A DNA stretch of 64,000 nucleotides from a virus, in IMG/VR virus record IMGVR_UViG_3300042868_003730, positions 64,001 through 128,000 of that record. The stretch is one strand, 5' to 3'. The notes beneath the pieces were generated by a model. That model was not told the DNA's origin, made no database searches, and saw only the letters and a list, made by a program, of their open reading frames with translations. This document shows positions 38,765 through 47,285 of this stretch, piece after piece (the first letter of the stretch is position 1; every line of letters begins with the position of its first letter). Made by a program: the position numbers and the translations under genes.

Positions 38765-38791
38765 TGATTAGTATATTACTAGAATAGAACC

Positions 38792-39997
38792 ATGGCACAT
38801 ATTACTGCAGATCGCGTTAGGCAAACAAGTACCTCAACTGGTACTGGCACGTTCGTTCTATCTGCGTCATTGAGTGGGTTCCGAGATTTCTCATCTGTAC
38901 TCGCGACCAGTGATACTTTCTGGTATGCTATTGCTTCATTTCCTGGGTCAGAATGGGAAGTAGGACTTGGCACATACTCTGCTCTCAACACAATCACCAG
39001 AACAACTGTATTGGCGTCTAGTAATGCCGGATCCGCTGTAGTATTCTCTGCTGGTACGAAAGAAGTATTCATTACTGCAGCGGCGAGTAAGTTCCTACAG
39101 GCAGACGCAGCTGGTAGTTATGGAAACTTTACAGCAGGAACTATTACTGCTGCGTTGACTGGTAATGCAGGTACAGCTACTACATTCTCAACTACAAGGA
39201 CAAACTATAAAGGTGTCACTGATGCCGCAGTAGCTGGCCAGTTAATGTGGAAGCATTATGGAAATAACCATACGATATTTGATGCTTCCAATAGTACAAG
39301 TCCACAAGGTGGAGCAATAAGCAACACAAATGCAGCAACTGCATGGATTGCTACTTATCCAACACTTATGGGGTGGAATGGAACAACTACTTATGGCGTT
39401 AGAGTTGATTCTGCTAGAGTAACTGATGCGCTTTCTACTGCATCAGGTTCAGCACCAAGTTATTCTGCCAGAGCGTGGGTGAATTTCAATGGAGTAACAG
39501 TCGGAACTTTTGTAGGAGGAACTACGACGTTTGCGAGAACATCACCAAGCACAACTGCTGTGTGTACTACTACAAATCCGCATGGGCTAATTACTGGAAA
39601 TAATATATACGCAAGTTCTGGGATAATTATTTTTCCTGGAAGTTATACAGTCACAGTTACTGGGGCAAATACTTTCACAATTGTTACCAGCGCCAGTACC
39701 ACTGTGAGTGGTACATTAAGTGTTTTTGTTAGTAATATTAGAGGCGATGGAAATGTAAGTACTGTCGCCGATGAAGGTGTTGGTATATATTTAATAAATT
39801 TCTCGGTAGCTATGCCAGATACTAATTATGCGGCATTATTTGGATGGGGCATTGGGTCAAACCCGCCATCTGACACCAGTAATGATGGATTTGCTAATAT
39901 AGGTGAGCAGACAGTATATTATGTTCGTGTGTATTTTGAAGCAGCCAATGATACGTCATTAGATAGAGCGTATATGTCAGCTGCGATTTTTAGATAA
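38792..39997 (+). CDS. fibre-like virion protein
   Basis: N-terminal ADRV.QTST.TGTGT..L.....GFR.F...EWEVGLGTY...RTTVLASSN.GS.V.FSAGTKEVFIT module; C-terminal ARAWVNFNG...NVS.V.D.G.G.Y..NF..AMPDTNYA module. Confidence 0.75.
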   Translation: MAHITADRVRQTSTSTGTGTFVLSASLSGFRDFSSVLATSDTFWYAIASFPGSEWEVGLGTYSALNTITRTTVLASSNAGSAVVFSAGTKEVFITAAASKFLQADAAGSYGNFTAGTITAALTGNAGTATTFSTTRTNYKGVTDAAVAGQLMWKHYGNNHTIFDASNSTSPQGGAISNTNAATAWIATYPTLMGWNGTTTYGVRVDSARVTDALSTASGSAPSYSARAWVNFNGVTVGTFVGGTTTFARTSPSTTAVCTTTNPHGLITGNNIYASSGIIIFPGSYTVTVTGANTFTIVTSASTTVSGTLSVFVSNIRGDGNVSTVADEGVGIYLINFSVAMPDTNYAALFGWGIGSNPPSDTSNDGFANIGEQTVYYVRVYFEAANDTSLDRAYMSAAIFR

Positions 39998-40005
39998 GGA
40001 AATAT

Positions 40006-40263
40006 ATGATCAATTTAAGAATTATTTATCCACAACAAAATGGTATTGTTACCATTCTTACACCAGCATTGAATTCTGACTTAACAATTGAAGAACTGGC
40101 TCGCAAAGATGTTCCGGCGGGAATCCCTTATAAAATCATTAATGTAGAAGATATCCCAACAGATCGAACATTTCGTAATGCCTGGGAAGCTGATTTCTCA
40201 TCTCCAGATGGTTATGGTATTGGGCATGCTGCCTGGTTTGCAGAAAGAGAAGGTAATGTATGA
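40006..40263 (+). CDS. putative fibre assembly chaperone, N-part
   Basis: IIY....G.V..L.P.....IEE.A.KDVP.G..YKI....DIPTDRTFRNAW motif, common after such fibre genes. Confidence 0.6.
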   Translation: MINLRIIYPQQNGIVTILTPALNSDLTIEELARKDVPAGIPYKIINVEDIPTDRTFRNAWEADFSSPDGYGIGHAAWFAEREGNV

Positions 40264-40505
40264 TTGTAATTAACATGGATAAAGCGAAAGATATTCGGCG
40301 CAAACAATTTCGAAAAGAGCGTCAACCATTACTCGATGCTCTCGATGTTCAATTCATGCGTGCAGTTGAAACTGGTGATGTTGCATTACAACAAAGTATA
40401 GTGCAAAAGAAACAACTTCTTAGAGATGCTCCTGCAAATCCAGAGATTGAATCTGCACAGACAGTTGATGATCTGAAAGCAATTACATTACCGACCGTGT
40501 TATAA
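40260..40505 (+). CDS. putative fibre assembly chaperone, C-part
   Basis: I.MDKAK.I.....R..R.PLL..LDV.FMRA.E.......IV..KQ.LRDAP. Confidence 0.6.
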   Translation: MIVINMDKAKDIRRKQFRKERQPLLDALDVQFMRAVETGDVALQQSIVQKKQLLRDAPANPEIESAQTVDDLKAITLPTVL

Positions 40506-40520
40506 TATAAAGAAAATTAA

Positions 40521-43298
40521 ATGTTAAGTTTTAACGCAATTTCATCAAATGCAATATCTGCTATAGGCAGAGTATTTGATGTTGCGTTAAATGAAAATGC
40601 CGTCACTGCGTCATCTTTAGAAACTTCTGGTGTAGTAACGGCTAGGTCAATATCAGAAACAAGAGCTACATCTTCAGCAGAAACTGCTGGTGTTGTTGCC
40701 GCAAGATCAATAGCAGAAACAAGAGCTACATCTTCTACTGAAACTTCTGGTGTTGTTGCCGCAAGATCAATAGCAGAAACAAGAGCTACATCTTCGGCAG
40801 AAACTTCTGGCGTAATAACGGCTAGGTCAATATCAGAAACAAGAGCTACTGCATCAACAGAAACTGTTTTACTGACTGCTGGCGCAACCAGAGCTGACAC
40901 TAACTCCACTACGTCAACAGAAACTTCTGGCGTAATAACGGCTAGGTCAATATCAGAAACAAGAGCTACATCTTCTACTGAAACCACCTTACTGACTGCT
41001 GGCGCAACAAGAGCTGACACTAACTCTACTACGTCAACAGAAACTTCTGGCGTAATAACGGCTAGGTCAATATCAGAAACAAGAGCTACATCTTCAGCAG
41101 AAACTGCTGGTGTTGTTACTTCTGCCTCAGTATCAGAATCTAACTCTACCGCTTCGTCAGAAACCACCTTACTGACTGCTGGCGCAACAAGAGCTGACAC
41201 TAACTCTACTACGTCAACAGAAACTTCTGGCGTAATAACGGCTAGGTCAATATCTGAGTCAAACTCATCTGCATCAACAGAAACTACCTTACTGACTGCT
41301 GGCGGAACAGTATCAGAAACTCGTTCTACTGCTTCCACAGAAACCACTACATTAACGGCTGGTGGAACAGTATCCGAAACAAGAGCTACTGCGTCAACAG
41401 AAACTGCTGGTGTCGTAACTTCTGCTACATTATCCGAATCAAGAGCTACTGCATCAACAGAAACTGCCGCATTAACGGCTGGTGCCAGCATAGCAGAATC
41501 AAGAGCTACTGCTTCGTCAGAAACTGCTGGTGTTGTTACTTCTGCATCAGTATCCGAAACAAGAGCTACTGCTTCCACAGAAACCACTACATTAACAGCT
41601 GGTGGTTCAGTAACAGAAACTCGTTCTACTGCTTCCACAGAAACCACTACATTAACGGCTGGTGGAACAGTATCCGAAACAAGAGCTACTGCTTCCACAG
41701 AAACCACTACATTAACGGCTGGTGGAACAGTATCCGAAACAAGAGCTACATCTTCTACTGAAACCACTACATTAACAGCTGGTGGTTCAGTAACAGAAAC
41801 AAGAGCTACATCTTCTACTGAAACCACTACATTAGTAGCTGGTGGAACTTTATCTGATACTAACTCTACTGCTTCCACAGAAACCACTACATTAACAGCT
41901 GGTGGAACTTTATCTGATACTAACTCTACTGCTTCGTCAGAAACCACTACATTAACAGCTGGTGGTTCAGTAACAGAAACTCGTTCTACTGCTTCCACAG
42001 AAACCTCTGGTGTAATTACAACTACATCGAGAGCAGAAACAACTGCCAGTTCGTCATCAGAAAATAGAACATTAGTAGCTGGTGCAACTAGATCTGATAC
42101 TAACTCTACTGCAACTACAGAAGCCTCTGGTGTAATTACAACTACATCAAGAGCAGAAACAGTAGCGGCGACATCGTCAGAAAACACTTTAATAATAGAT
42201 TTTGAACCAATAGCAGAAACAACTGCTACTGCATCAACAGAAACTGTTTTACTGACTGCTGGCGCAACCAGAGCTGACACTAACTCCACTTCGTCAACAG
42301 AAGTTTCTGTTGCGTCTTTAGTTGCTTCTGTAACTGACTCAACTAGTACTTCTGAGTCATCCGCTGCGTTTGTTAGTAATTTCCAGGCTATCATCAATTG
42401 CGCAGCAACGGTAACCGCGCTGTTAGATTTAGATGGAAACACAGAAGGTTCTCCTGCCGGAAATGCTGCTCCTGGATTCACTCCACTATCTAGCGTCGTT
42501 CTTGCTCAGCACATTGAATCTGCCCCAGCCGCGACCTATACAATAACAGCTGACTTTGATCCATTATTAGAGACTGAGATTACATCGGTGTTCTTCAATG
42601 ATAATCCAGCAAATGTTCTTTCGTATTCTATCATTGGACCAGATGTGTTTATTACTGCAAATACACCAGCAGAGGTGTACGCACAGGCATCTACGTTTAT
42701 GGTAAACAGAAAAGTTGTTCCACAGTTTAATGAATTCTTTAATTATAATGTTAGATTCAATACTACAGTCAAGAGAGATAGCGCAGGAAACAATTTCTAT
42801 TCAAATAAATTCTACTCCGAGCAAAATGTAATCTGTTTCCTACAGGATGATGGCACTGGACTAATTGATCTTTATGAAGAGATTACTCCTGGAACTACGA
42901 AGAAACTAAAGACAATTGGTAAAATAGACTATACCACTGGGTTCGTAGAGGTTCGCGGATTAATGATTACATCTCTTTACGATCTTGAGTTGTTCTTCTT
43001 CGTAGAATCCCTCGACGCGATCATCCCTACGAAGGATTACTTCACTGCACAGAATAATCTCTTAGTGGACAGTAAGACCATAACTTTCCCTACTGGAGAA
43101 CAGGTTGAGATTAGCCAGTATGAGAAACAAACAGATATCGTTGATCTGGAGATTTATGTAACAGCCAGATCTTATGCATTGGGCAGTCCATTGACTACAG
43201 TTGAAACAAGAACAGCAACATATGTTCTTAGAATTGTTCCGGATTATAATATCGGTAAGAATGCCATCAAACAACTGGTCTTAGAACAAGCAGCATAA
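40521..43298 (+). CDS. 20-aa tandem-repeat virion scaffold protein with a gp6-like C-terminal domain
   Basis: N-terminal MLSFNAISSNAISA, about 29 Ser/Thr/Ala-rich 20-aa repeats, then a region aligning by eye to the gp6 C-terminus. Confidence 0.75.
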   Translation: MLSFNAISSNAISAIGRVFDVALNENAVTASSLETSGVVTARSISETRATSSAETAGVVAARSIAETRATSSTETSGVVAARSIAETRATSSAETSGVITARSISETRATASTETVLLTAGATRADTNSTTSTETSGVITARSISETRATSSTETTLLTAGATRADTNSTTSTETSGVITARSISETRATSSAETAGVVTSASVSESNSTASSETTLLTAGATRADTNSTTSTETSGVITARSISESNSSASTETTLLTAGGTVSETRSTASTETTTLTAGGTVSETRATASTETAGVVTSATLSESRATASTETAALTAGASIAESRATASSETAGVVTSASVSETRATASTETTTLTAGGSVTETRSTASTETTTLTAGGTVSETRATASTETTTLTAGGTVSETRATSSTETTTLTAGGSVTETRATSSTETTTLVAGGTLSDTNSTASTETTTLTAGGTLSDTNSTASSETTTLTAGGSVTETRSTASTETSGVITTTSRAETTASSSSENRTLVAGATRSDTNSTATTEASGVITTTSRAETVAATSSENTLIIDFEPIAETTATASTETVLLTAGATRADTNSTSSTEVSVASLVASVTDSTSTSESSAAFVSNFQAIINCAATVTALLDLDGNTEGSPAGNAAPGFTPLSSVVLAQHIESAPAATYTITADFDPLLETEITSVFFNDNPANVLSYSIIGPDVFITANTPAEVYAQASTFMVNRKVVPQFNEFFNYNVRFNTTVKRDSAGNNFYSNKFYSEQNVICFLQDDGTGLIDLYEEITPGTTKKLKTIGKIDYTTGFVEVRGLMITSLYDLELFFFVESLDAIIPTKDYFTAQNNLLVDSKTITFPTGEQVEISQYEKQTDIVDLEIYVTARSYALGSPLTTVETRTATYVLRIVPDYNIGKNAIKQLVLEQAA
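40621..42360 (+). repeat. tandem 60-bp coding repeat array, about 29 units built from shuffled half-units
   Basis: Consecutive 60-nt lines stay in register, e.g. AAACTTCTGGCGTAATAACGGCTAGGTCAATATCAGAAACAAGAGCTACATCTTC. Confidence 0.95.
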
Positions 43299-43302
43299 CA
43301 CG

Positions 43303-43309
43303 CTAAATA
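43303..43309 (+). promoter_or_regulatory. late promoter CTAAATA
   Basis: Intergenic, before gp13. Confidence 0.7.
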
Positions 43310-43331
43310 CAAGATAATTATAGGGGCTACT

Positions 43332-44078
43332 ATGGCAGTAACTAATCGCGAAGGTCTAAAGAATTACGCACTAAGGGCACTTGGTGCTCCACTAATCACA
43401 ATTGATATTGCTGATGAACAGGCAGAAGATCGGATTGATGAAGCACTGGCATTCTTTCGCGAATACTACTTTGATGGTATCGAGAAAGTTTACTACAAGC
43501 ATGAAGTAACTGAACAAAACGTAACGAATCAATATATCGCGCTTCCGGATACAATCTGGAGTGTTAACCGTATTTTCCCATACCCAACTAGCAGTGGCTC
43601 TAGTTCTGTTAATATCTTTGACCTGCAATATCAGTTGAGAATGAATGACCTGAAAGATTTGACCAGCACAAGTCTAATCTATTACCAACAGGCTATGAGT
43701 CACATTGCTCTAATTGATAACCTGCTTAATGTACAGAAGCAGTTTAGATTTAATAAACTAAATGGCAAACTATATATTGATCAGAACTGGGGTATCGCTG
43801 GATTGACAGCTGGTCAATACCTTCTGTTTGATGTGTATACTGCCTTAGACCCAAGTGCTAGTCCTAAACTTTGGGATGATCGTTTATTCAAAGAATATAA
43901 CATTGCTCTGTTTAAGAAACAATGGGGCACCAATGTCAAGAAGTATCAGGGTATTCAATTACCTGGTGGGGTGACTATTGATGGCCAGTCACTGTACGAA
44001 GAAGGCAAGGCTGAGCAGGCTGACATTGAAGATAAGATTATGAGTCAGTTGTCGCCACTAGAATTCTTTATGGGCTAA
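43332..44078 (+). CDS. gp13: neck protein (gp13)
   Basis: LK.YALRALGAP.I.I.I..EQ.EDRIDEAL..F.EY.FDG, K.QWG.N..KY.G.QLPGGVT.DG. Confidence 0.95.
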   Translation: MAVTNREGLKNYALRALGAPLITIDIADEQAEDRIDEALAFFREYYFDGIEKVYYKHEVTEQNVTNQYIALPDTIWSVNRIFPYPTSSGSSSVNIFDLQYQLRMNDLKDLTSTSLIYYQQAMSHIALIDNLLNVQKQFRFNKLNGKLYIDQNWGIAGLTAGQYLLFDVYTALDPSASPKLWDDRLFKEYNIALFKKQWGTNVKKYQGIQLPGGVTIDGQSLYEEGKAEQADIEDKIMSQLSPLEFFMG

Positions 44079-44090
44079 ACCTCATAGTCA

Positions 44091-44133
44091 CAGTTGAATT
44101 ATACCCCTTAAATCCAACTCATAAAATAAACTT
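44091..44133 (-). promoter_or_regulatory. promoter-like motif copy 1, antisense to gp13 and the upstream structural genes
   Basis: Minus strand reads AAGTTTATTTTA-N16-GGTATAATTCAACTG; both boxes and the spacing are identical to 61809-61851. Confidence 0.65.
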
Positions 44134-44784
44134 ATGACTTTACGTCTGCATAACTCCGTATATGGGAATGAGAATCTGTTGATCGAATCTATGATCACGG
44201 AAGCCATCAATATGCATGGCGTGGATTTTATGTACATCCCACGAAGTTTCGTCGGTAAAGAAGATCTGTATGGTGAAGATAGGCTTAGTCGTTTTAATAA
44301 TGCGTATCCTATCGTTATGTATATGGAGAACAGTGATGGTGGCTTCCAAGGACAGGGAGCATTCGCCTCGAAGTTTGGTTTGATGATGGAACAGTCTGCC
44401 ACTCTAACTGTGGCAAGAAGAACTTGGGTTCAGGCAGTTGGTCGCTATGGTGAAACGATTCTGCCCCAAAGACCAGCTGAAGGTGATTTACTATACTTTC
44501 CGATGACAGGTGGATTGTTTGAGATTATGTTTGTTCAGCACCAAGATGCATTCTATCAGTTAGGTCAGTTGTATACTTACAAACTGACAGTAGAACTGTT
44601 CCGATACAGCAGCGAAATTATGGAAACTGGTGTTACTGATATCGATGCGTTTATGGAAAATAAGAGTACTGACGTAACTCTTAATGAACCAGAGAAACCA
44701 GATTCCTTCGGTGATAATAGTCTGTTACGTCAAAAGGCAGATGCTTTCGTGTTTGACGTCAATAATCCATTCGGGGAACTTTGA
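44134..44784 (+). CDS. gp14: neck protein (gp14)
   Basis: E..LIES...E.I.MHG.D..Y.PR, EDRLS.F..AY.I.MY, SKFGL, RP.EGDLLYFP, NPFGE. Confidence 0.95.
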   Translation: MTLRLHNSVYGNENLLIESMITEAINMHGVDFMYIPRSFVGKEDLYGEDRLSRFNNAYPIVMYMENSDGGFQGQGAFASKFGLMMEQSATLTVARRTWVQAVGRYGETILPQRPAEGDLLYFPMTGGLFEIMFVQHQDAFYQLGQLYTYKLTVELFRYSSEIMETGVTDIDAFMENKSTDVTLNEPEKPDSFGDNSLLRQKADAFVFDVNNPFGEL

Positions 44785-45620
44785 TGTTTTCGACTCCATA
44801 CTATCATGAACTCATCAAAAAGACCACTATTGGATTTGGTGCTCTTTTCAGTCAGATTAAAGTAATCCGTAGGAATCCTGCTTCTGGTGCTCAGGCGCAG
44901 GTAATCTCTGTACCTATTGCCTTTGGTCCAAAGGAAAAGATTCTTACAAGACTGGATCAAGATCCATCCTTAACTGGTCATACTTATATCACTCTTCCGA
45001 GAATGGCATTTGAGATTACAGGTTATAACTATGACACCAGTAGAATGGTCAATAGGAATAACAAAATCCAATGTTATAAAGACCAAACTCTATCGGCGAT
45101 ATATTCTCCTGTTCCGTATAACATTGAATTCTCATTGTATGTTCTAACTAAGGGAACAGAGGATGGTCTGGCTATTATTGAGCAGATCCTACCATTGTTT
45201 ACTCCTGAGTATTCATTTACAGTAAATGCTATTCCTGAGATGAATATCTCACAGGATATTCCAGTTGTGTTAAATGGTATTTCTGTGTCAGATGATTATG
45301 AAGGTGACTTTGCTACTAGGCGTCTTGTTACACACACACTTAATTTCACTGCAAAAATAAATCTCTTTGGTGATCTCAAGACTTCTGGTGTTATTACGAG
45401 GGTTGATGCTGATATTAAGAAATTCGAGAATTATACTGCGACGATGGATGATGAAGGGAACATTGTTGTTGATGTATGGAATATGACGTCAAGAGAATCA
45501 ATGCAAAATTCATTGGCAGCATCCACATCAACTTCTGCAACTACTTCTGGCGCAGCAACAAAAGCAGATTACACTCCATTGGCAGCAAACATCACTGTCT
45601 CGGCAACTGCTACTGCTTAA
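44781..45620 (+). CDS. gp15: tail sheath stabiliser / tail terminator (gp15) with a C-terminal extension
   Basis: YHE.IKK...GFG.LF, VPIAFGPKEK.L.RL, TLPRMAFEI, PVPYNI.F.L, QILP.F.P, DDYEGDF..RR. Confidence 0.93.
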   Translation: MMFSTPYYHELIKKTTIGFGALFSQIKVIRRNPASGAQAQVISVPIAFGPKEKILTRLDQDPSLTGHTYITLPRMAFEITGYNYDTSRMVNRNNKIQCYKDQTLSAIYSPVPYNIEFSLYVLTKGTEDGLAIIEQILPLFTPEYSFTVNAIPEMNISQDIPVVLNGISVSDDYEGDFATRRLVTHTLNFTAKINLFGDLKTSGVITRVDADIKKFENYTATMDDEGNIVVDVWNMTSRESMQNSLAASTSTSATTSGAATKADYTPLAANITVSATATA

Positions 45621-47209
45621 TGGCAACTGTCTTTTATCAGGCGAACCCGAATCTTAAGAATGTCGGAGTTCCAATTGAATATACTACTGAGCAGGTAGAA
45701 GAATACATCAAGTGTAAACTAGACCCTATCTATTTCATCAAGAAATATATTAAGATCATCTCTCTTGACCTTGGTCTGATAAATTTCGATTTGTATGATT
45801 ATCAGATTCGATTCATAAATCAAATTCACGATAGTCGCCGAGTGCTTGGTATGTTTCCGCGCCAGCACGGAAAGACGACCACAGTAGCTGCCTACCTCTG
45901 CTGGTATCTGTTATTCAATGACAGTAAGACCGTCGCTATCCTTGCCAATAAGGCAGCAGCAGCTCGAGAAATTATGTCTCGTCTTCAGTTGATGTATGAG
46001 TATATTCCGAAGTGGCTACAACAAGGCGTGGCTGAATGGAACAAAGGATCGATCTCACTGGAGAATAACAGCAAGGCATTTACTGCTGCTACCAGCTCTA
46101 GTGGTATTCGTGGTAAATCCGTAAACTTTCTTTATGTTGACGAAGCAGCCATTATCCCGAATACAGTGGCTGATGAATTCTTTACTGCGACTTACCCAAC
46201 AATTTCTGCTGGTGAGACAACTAAGATTGTTCTGACATCAACTCCACTTGGATTGAATCACTTCTGGAAATTCTGGACAGAGGCGGTGTCGAAGATTAAT
46301 GGATTTATTCCAGTAAGAGTTGAATACTGGGAACATCCCGACCATGACGATGCTTGGGCTGCTCAACAGAAACAACTTCTTGGTGATTTGAAATACCGTC
46401 AGGAGATTCTGATGGATTTCCTTGGATCAGCTGCTACTTTGATTGATCCAGCAGCTATCCAAAGAATGGCAGTTGAAGCGACAATATATAACCAAAATGG
46501 TATGTTGGTTTATGATAGACCAGAAAAGAATAAAGCGAGTTATGTTATCACAGTTGATACTGCAAGTGGAGTTGGTGGTGATGCAAGTGCATTCTCTGTG
46601 GTTCGCATTGATATACTGCCATATAAAGTAGTAGCGAGATATAAGAATAATACGATCTCACCATTGTTATATCCATCATTGATCCATAGGTGGGCAAAAG
46701 AATATAACGATGCCTGGGTTTTAATTGAACTAAATAAGAATGAGCAAGTCCCATACATCTTACAGAATGAGTTGGAGTATGAAAATATTGTTTATGTAAA
46801 TCGAGGTGCTAAGGGTCAGACTGTTACTGGTGGTTTCGGCGGCGGAAAGACCCAATTGGGTGTTGTGACTGATAAGAAAACCAAGAGAATTGGTTGTTCT
46901 ATGTTTAAGACATTGGTCGAAGAACATAAACTGATTATTCCTGACGCAGATATTATAAGTGAGATATCTACGTTTATTGAGCAGAGAGGCAGTTATGCTG
47001 CTGATGATGGAAAGAATGATGATCTTGTAATGACTCTAGTTTTATTTGGATGGTTGACCAGCCAATCATTCTTCAAAGAACTCACTGATATTGATTTGAG
47101 AAAAGACATTTACGACGCTAGAATTAGACAAATTGACGAAGAGACATTACCTGCTGGGTTTTTCGTTGATGGGTCTGAATCTGGTATAGAAGAAATTCTA
47201 AATTTTTGA
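45620..47209 (+). CDS. gp17: terminase large subunit (gp17)
   Basis: PRQHGKTTT (Walker A), ILANK, YVDEAA (Walker B), STPLGLNHFWK, nuclease VDTASG.G.D and DDLVM. The ATG at 45620 overlaps the gp15 stop (TAATG). Confidence 0.97.
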   Translation: MATVFYQANPNLKNVGVPIEYTTEQVEEYIKCKLDPIYFIKKYIKIISLDLGLINFDLYDYQIRFINQIHDSRRVLGMFPRQHGKTTTVAAYLCWYLLFNDSKTVAILANKAAAAREIMSRLQLMYEYIPKWLQQGVAEWNKGSISLENNSKAFTAATSSSGIRGKSVNFLYVDEAAIIPNTVADEFFTATYPTISAGETTKIVLTSTPLGLNHFWKFWTEAVSKINGFIPVRVEYWEHPDHDDAWAAQQKQLLGDLKYRQEILMDFLGSAATLIDPAAIQRMAVEATIYNQNGMLVYDRPEKNKASYVITVDTASGVGGDASAFSVVRIDILPYKVVARYKNNTISPLLYPSLIHRWAKEYNDAWVLIELNKNEQVPYILQNELEYENIVYVNRGAKGQTVTGGFGGGKTQLGVVTDKKTKRIGCSMFKTLVEEHKLIIPDADIISEISTFIEQRGSYAADDGKNDDLVMTLVLFGWLTSQSFFKELTDIDLRKDIYDARIRQIDEETLPAGFFVDGSESGIEEILNF

Positions 47210-47227
47210 GGCAAGCAAACGCATTTT

Positions 47228-47234
47228 CTAAATA
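47228..47234 (+). promoter_or_regulatory. late promoter CTAAATA
   Basis: Intergenic, before gp18. Confidence 0.75.
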
Positions 47235-47285
47235 ATAAAGAGCTAAACCTCAACGAATTTGTAACAAATAAAAGAAGGAAATATA

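Noticed and set aside
40621-42360. 60-bp periodic array as a CRISPR array
   Set aside because: There is no constant repeat with unique spacers; the whole unit is repeated and in-frame coding, and no cas genes are present.
40517-42481. 654-aa antisense ORF over the repeat array
   Set aside because: It mirrors the repeated sense codons (a stop-free unit repeated) and has no RBS or promoter support. The sense ORF has a recognisable N-terminus and a C-terminal domain.
45476-45619. N-terminal extension of gp17 given in the ORF track
   Set aside because: It overlaps gp15 in another frame. The ATG at 45620, coupled to the gp15 stop, gives a normal gp17 N-terminus (FYQANPNLK).
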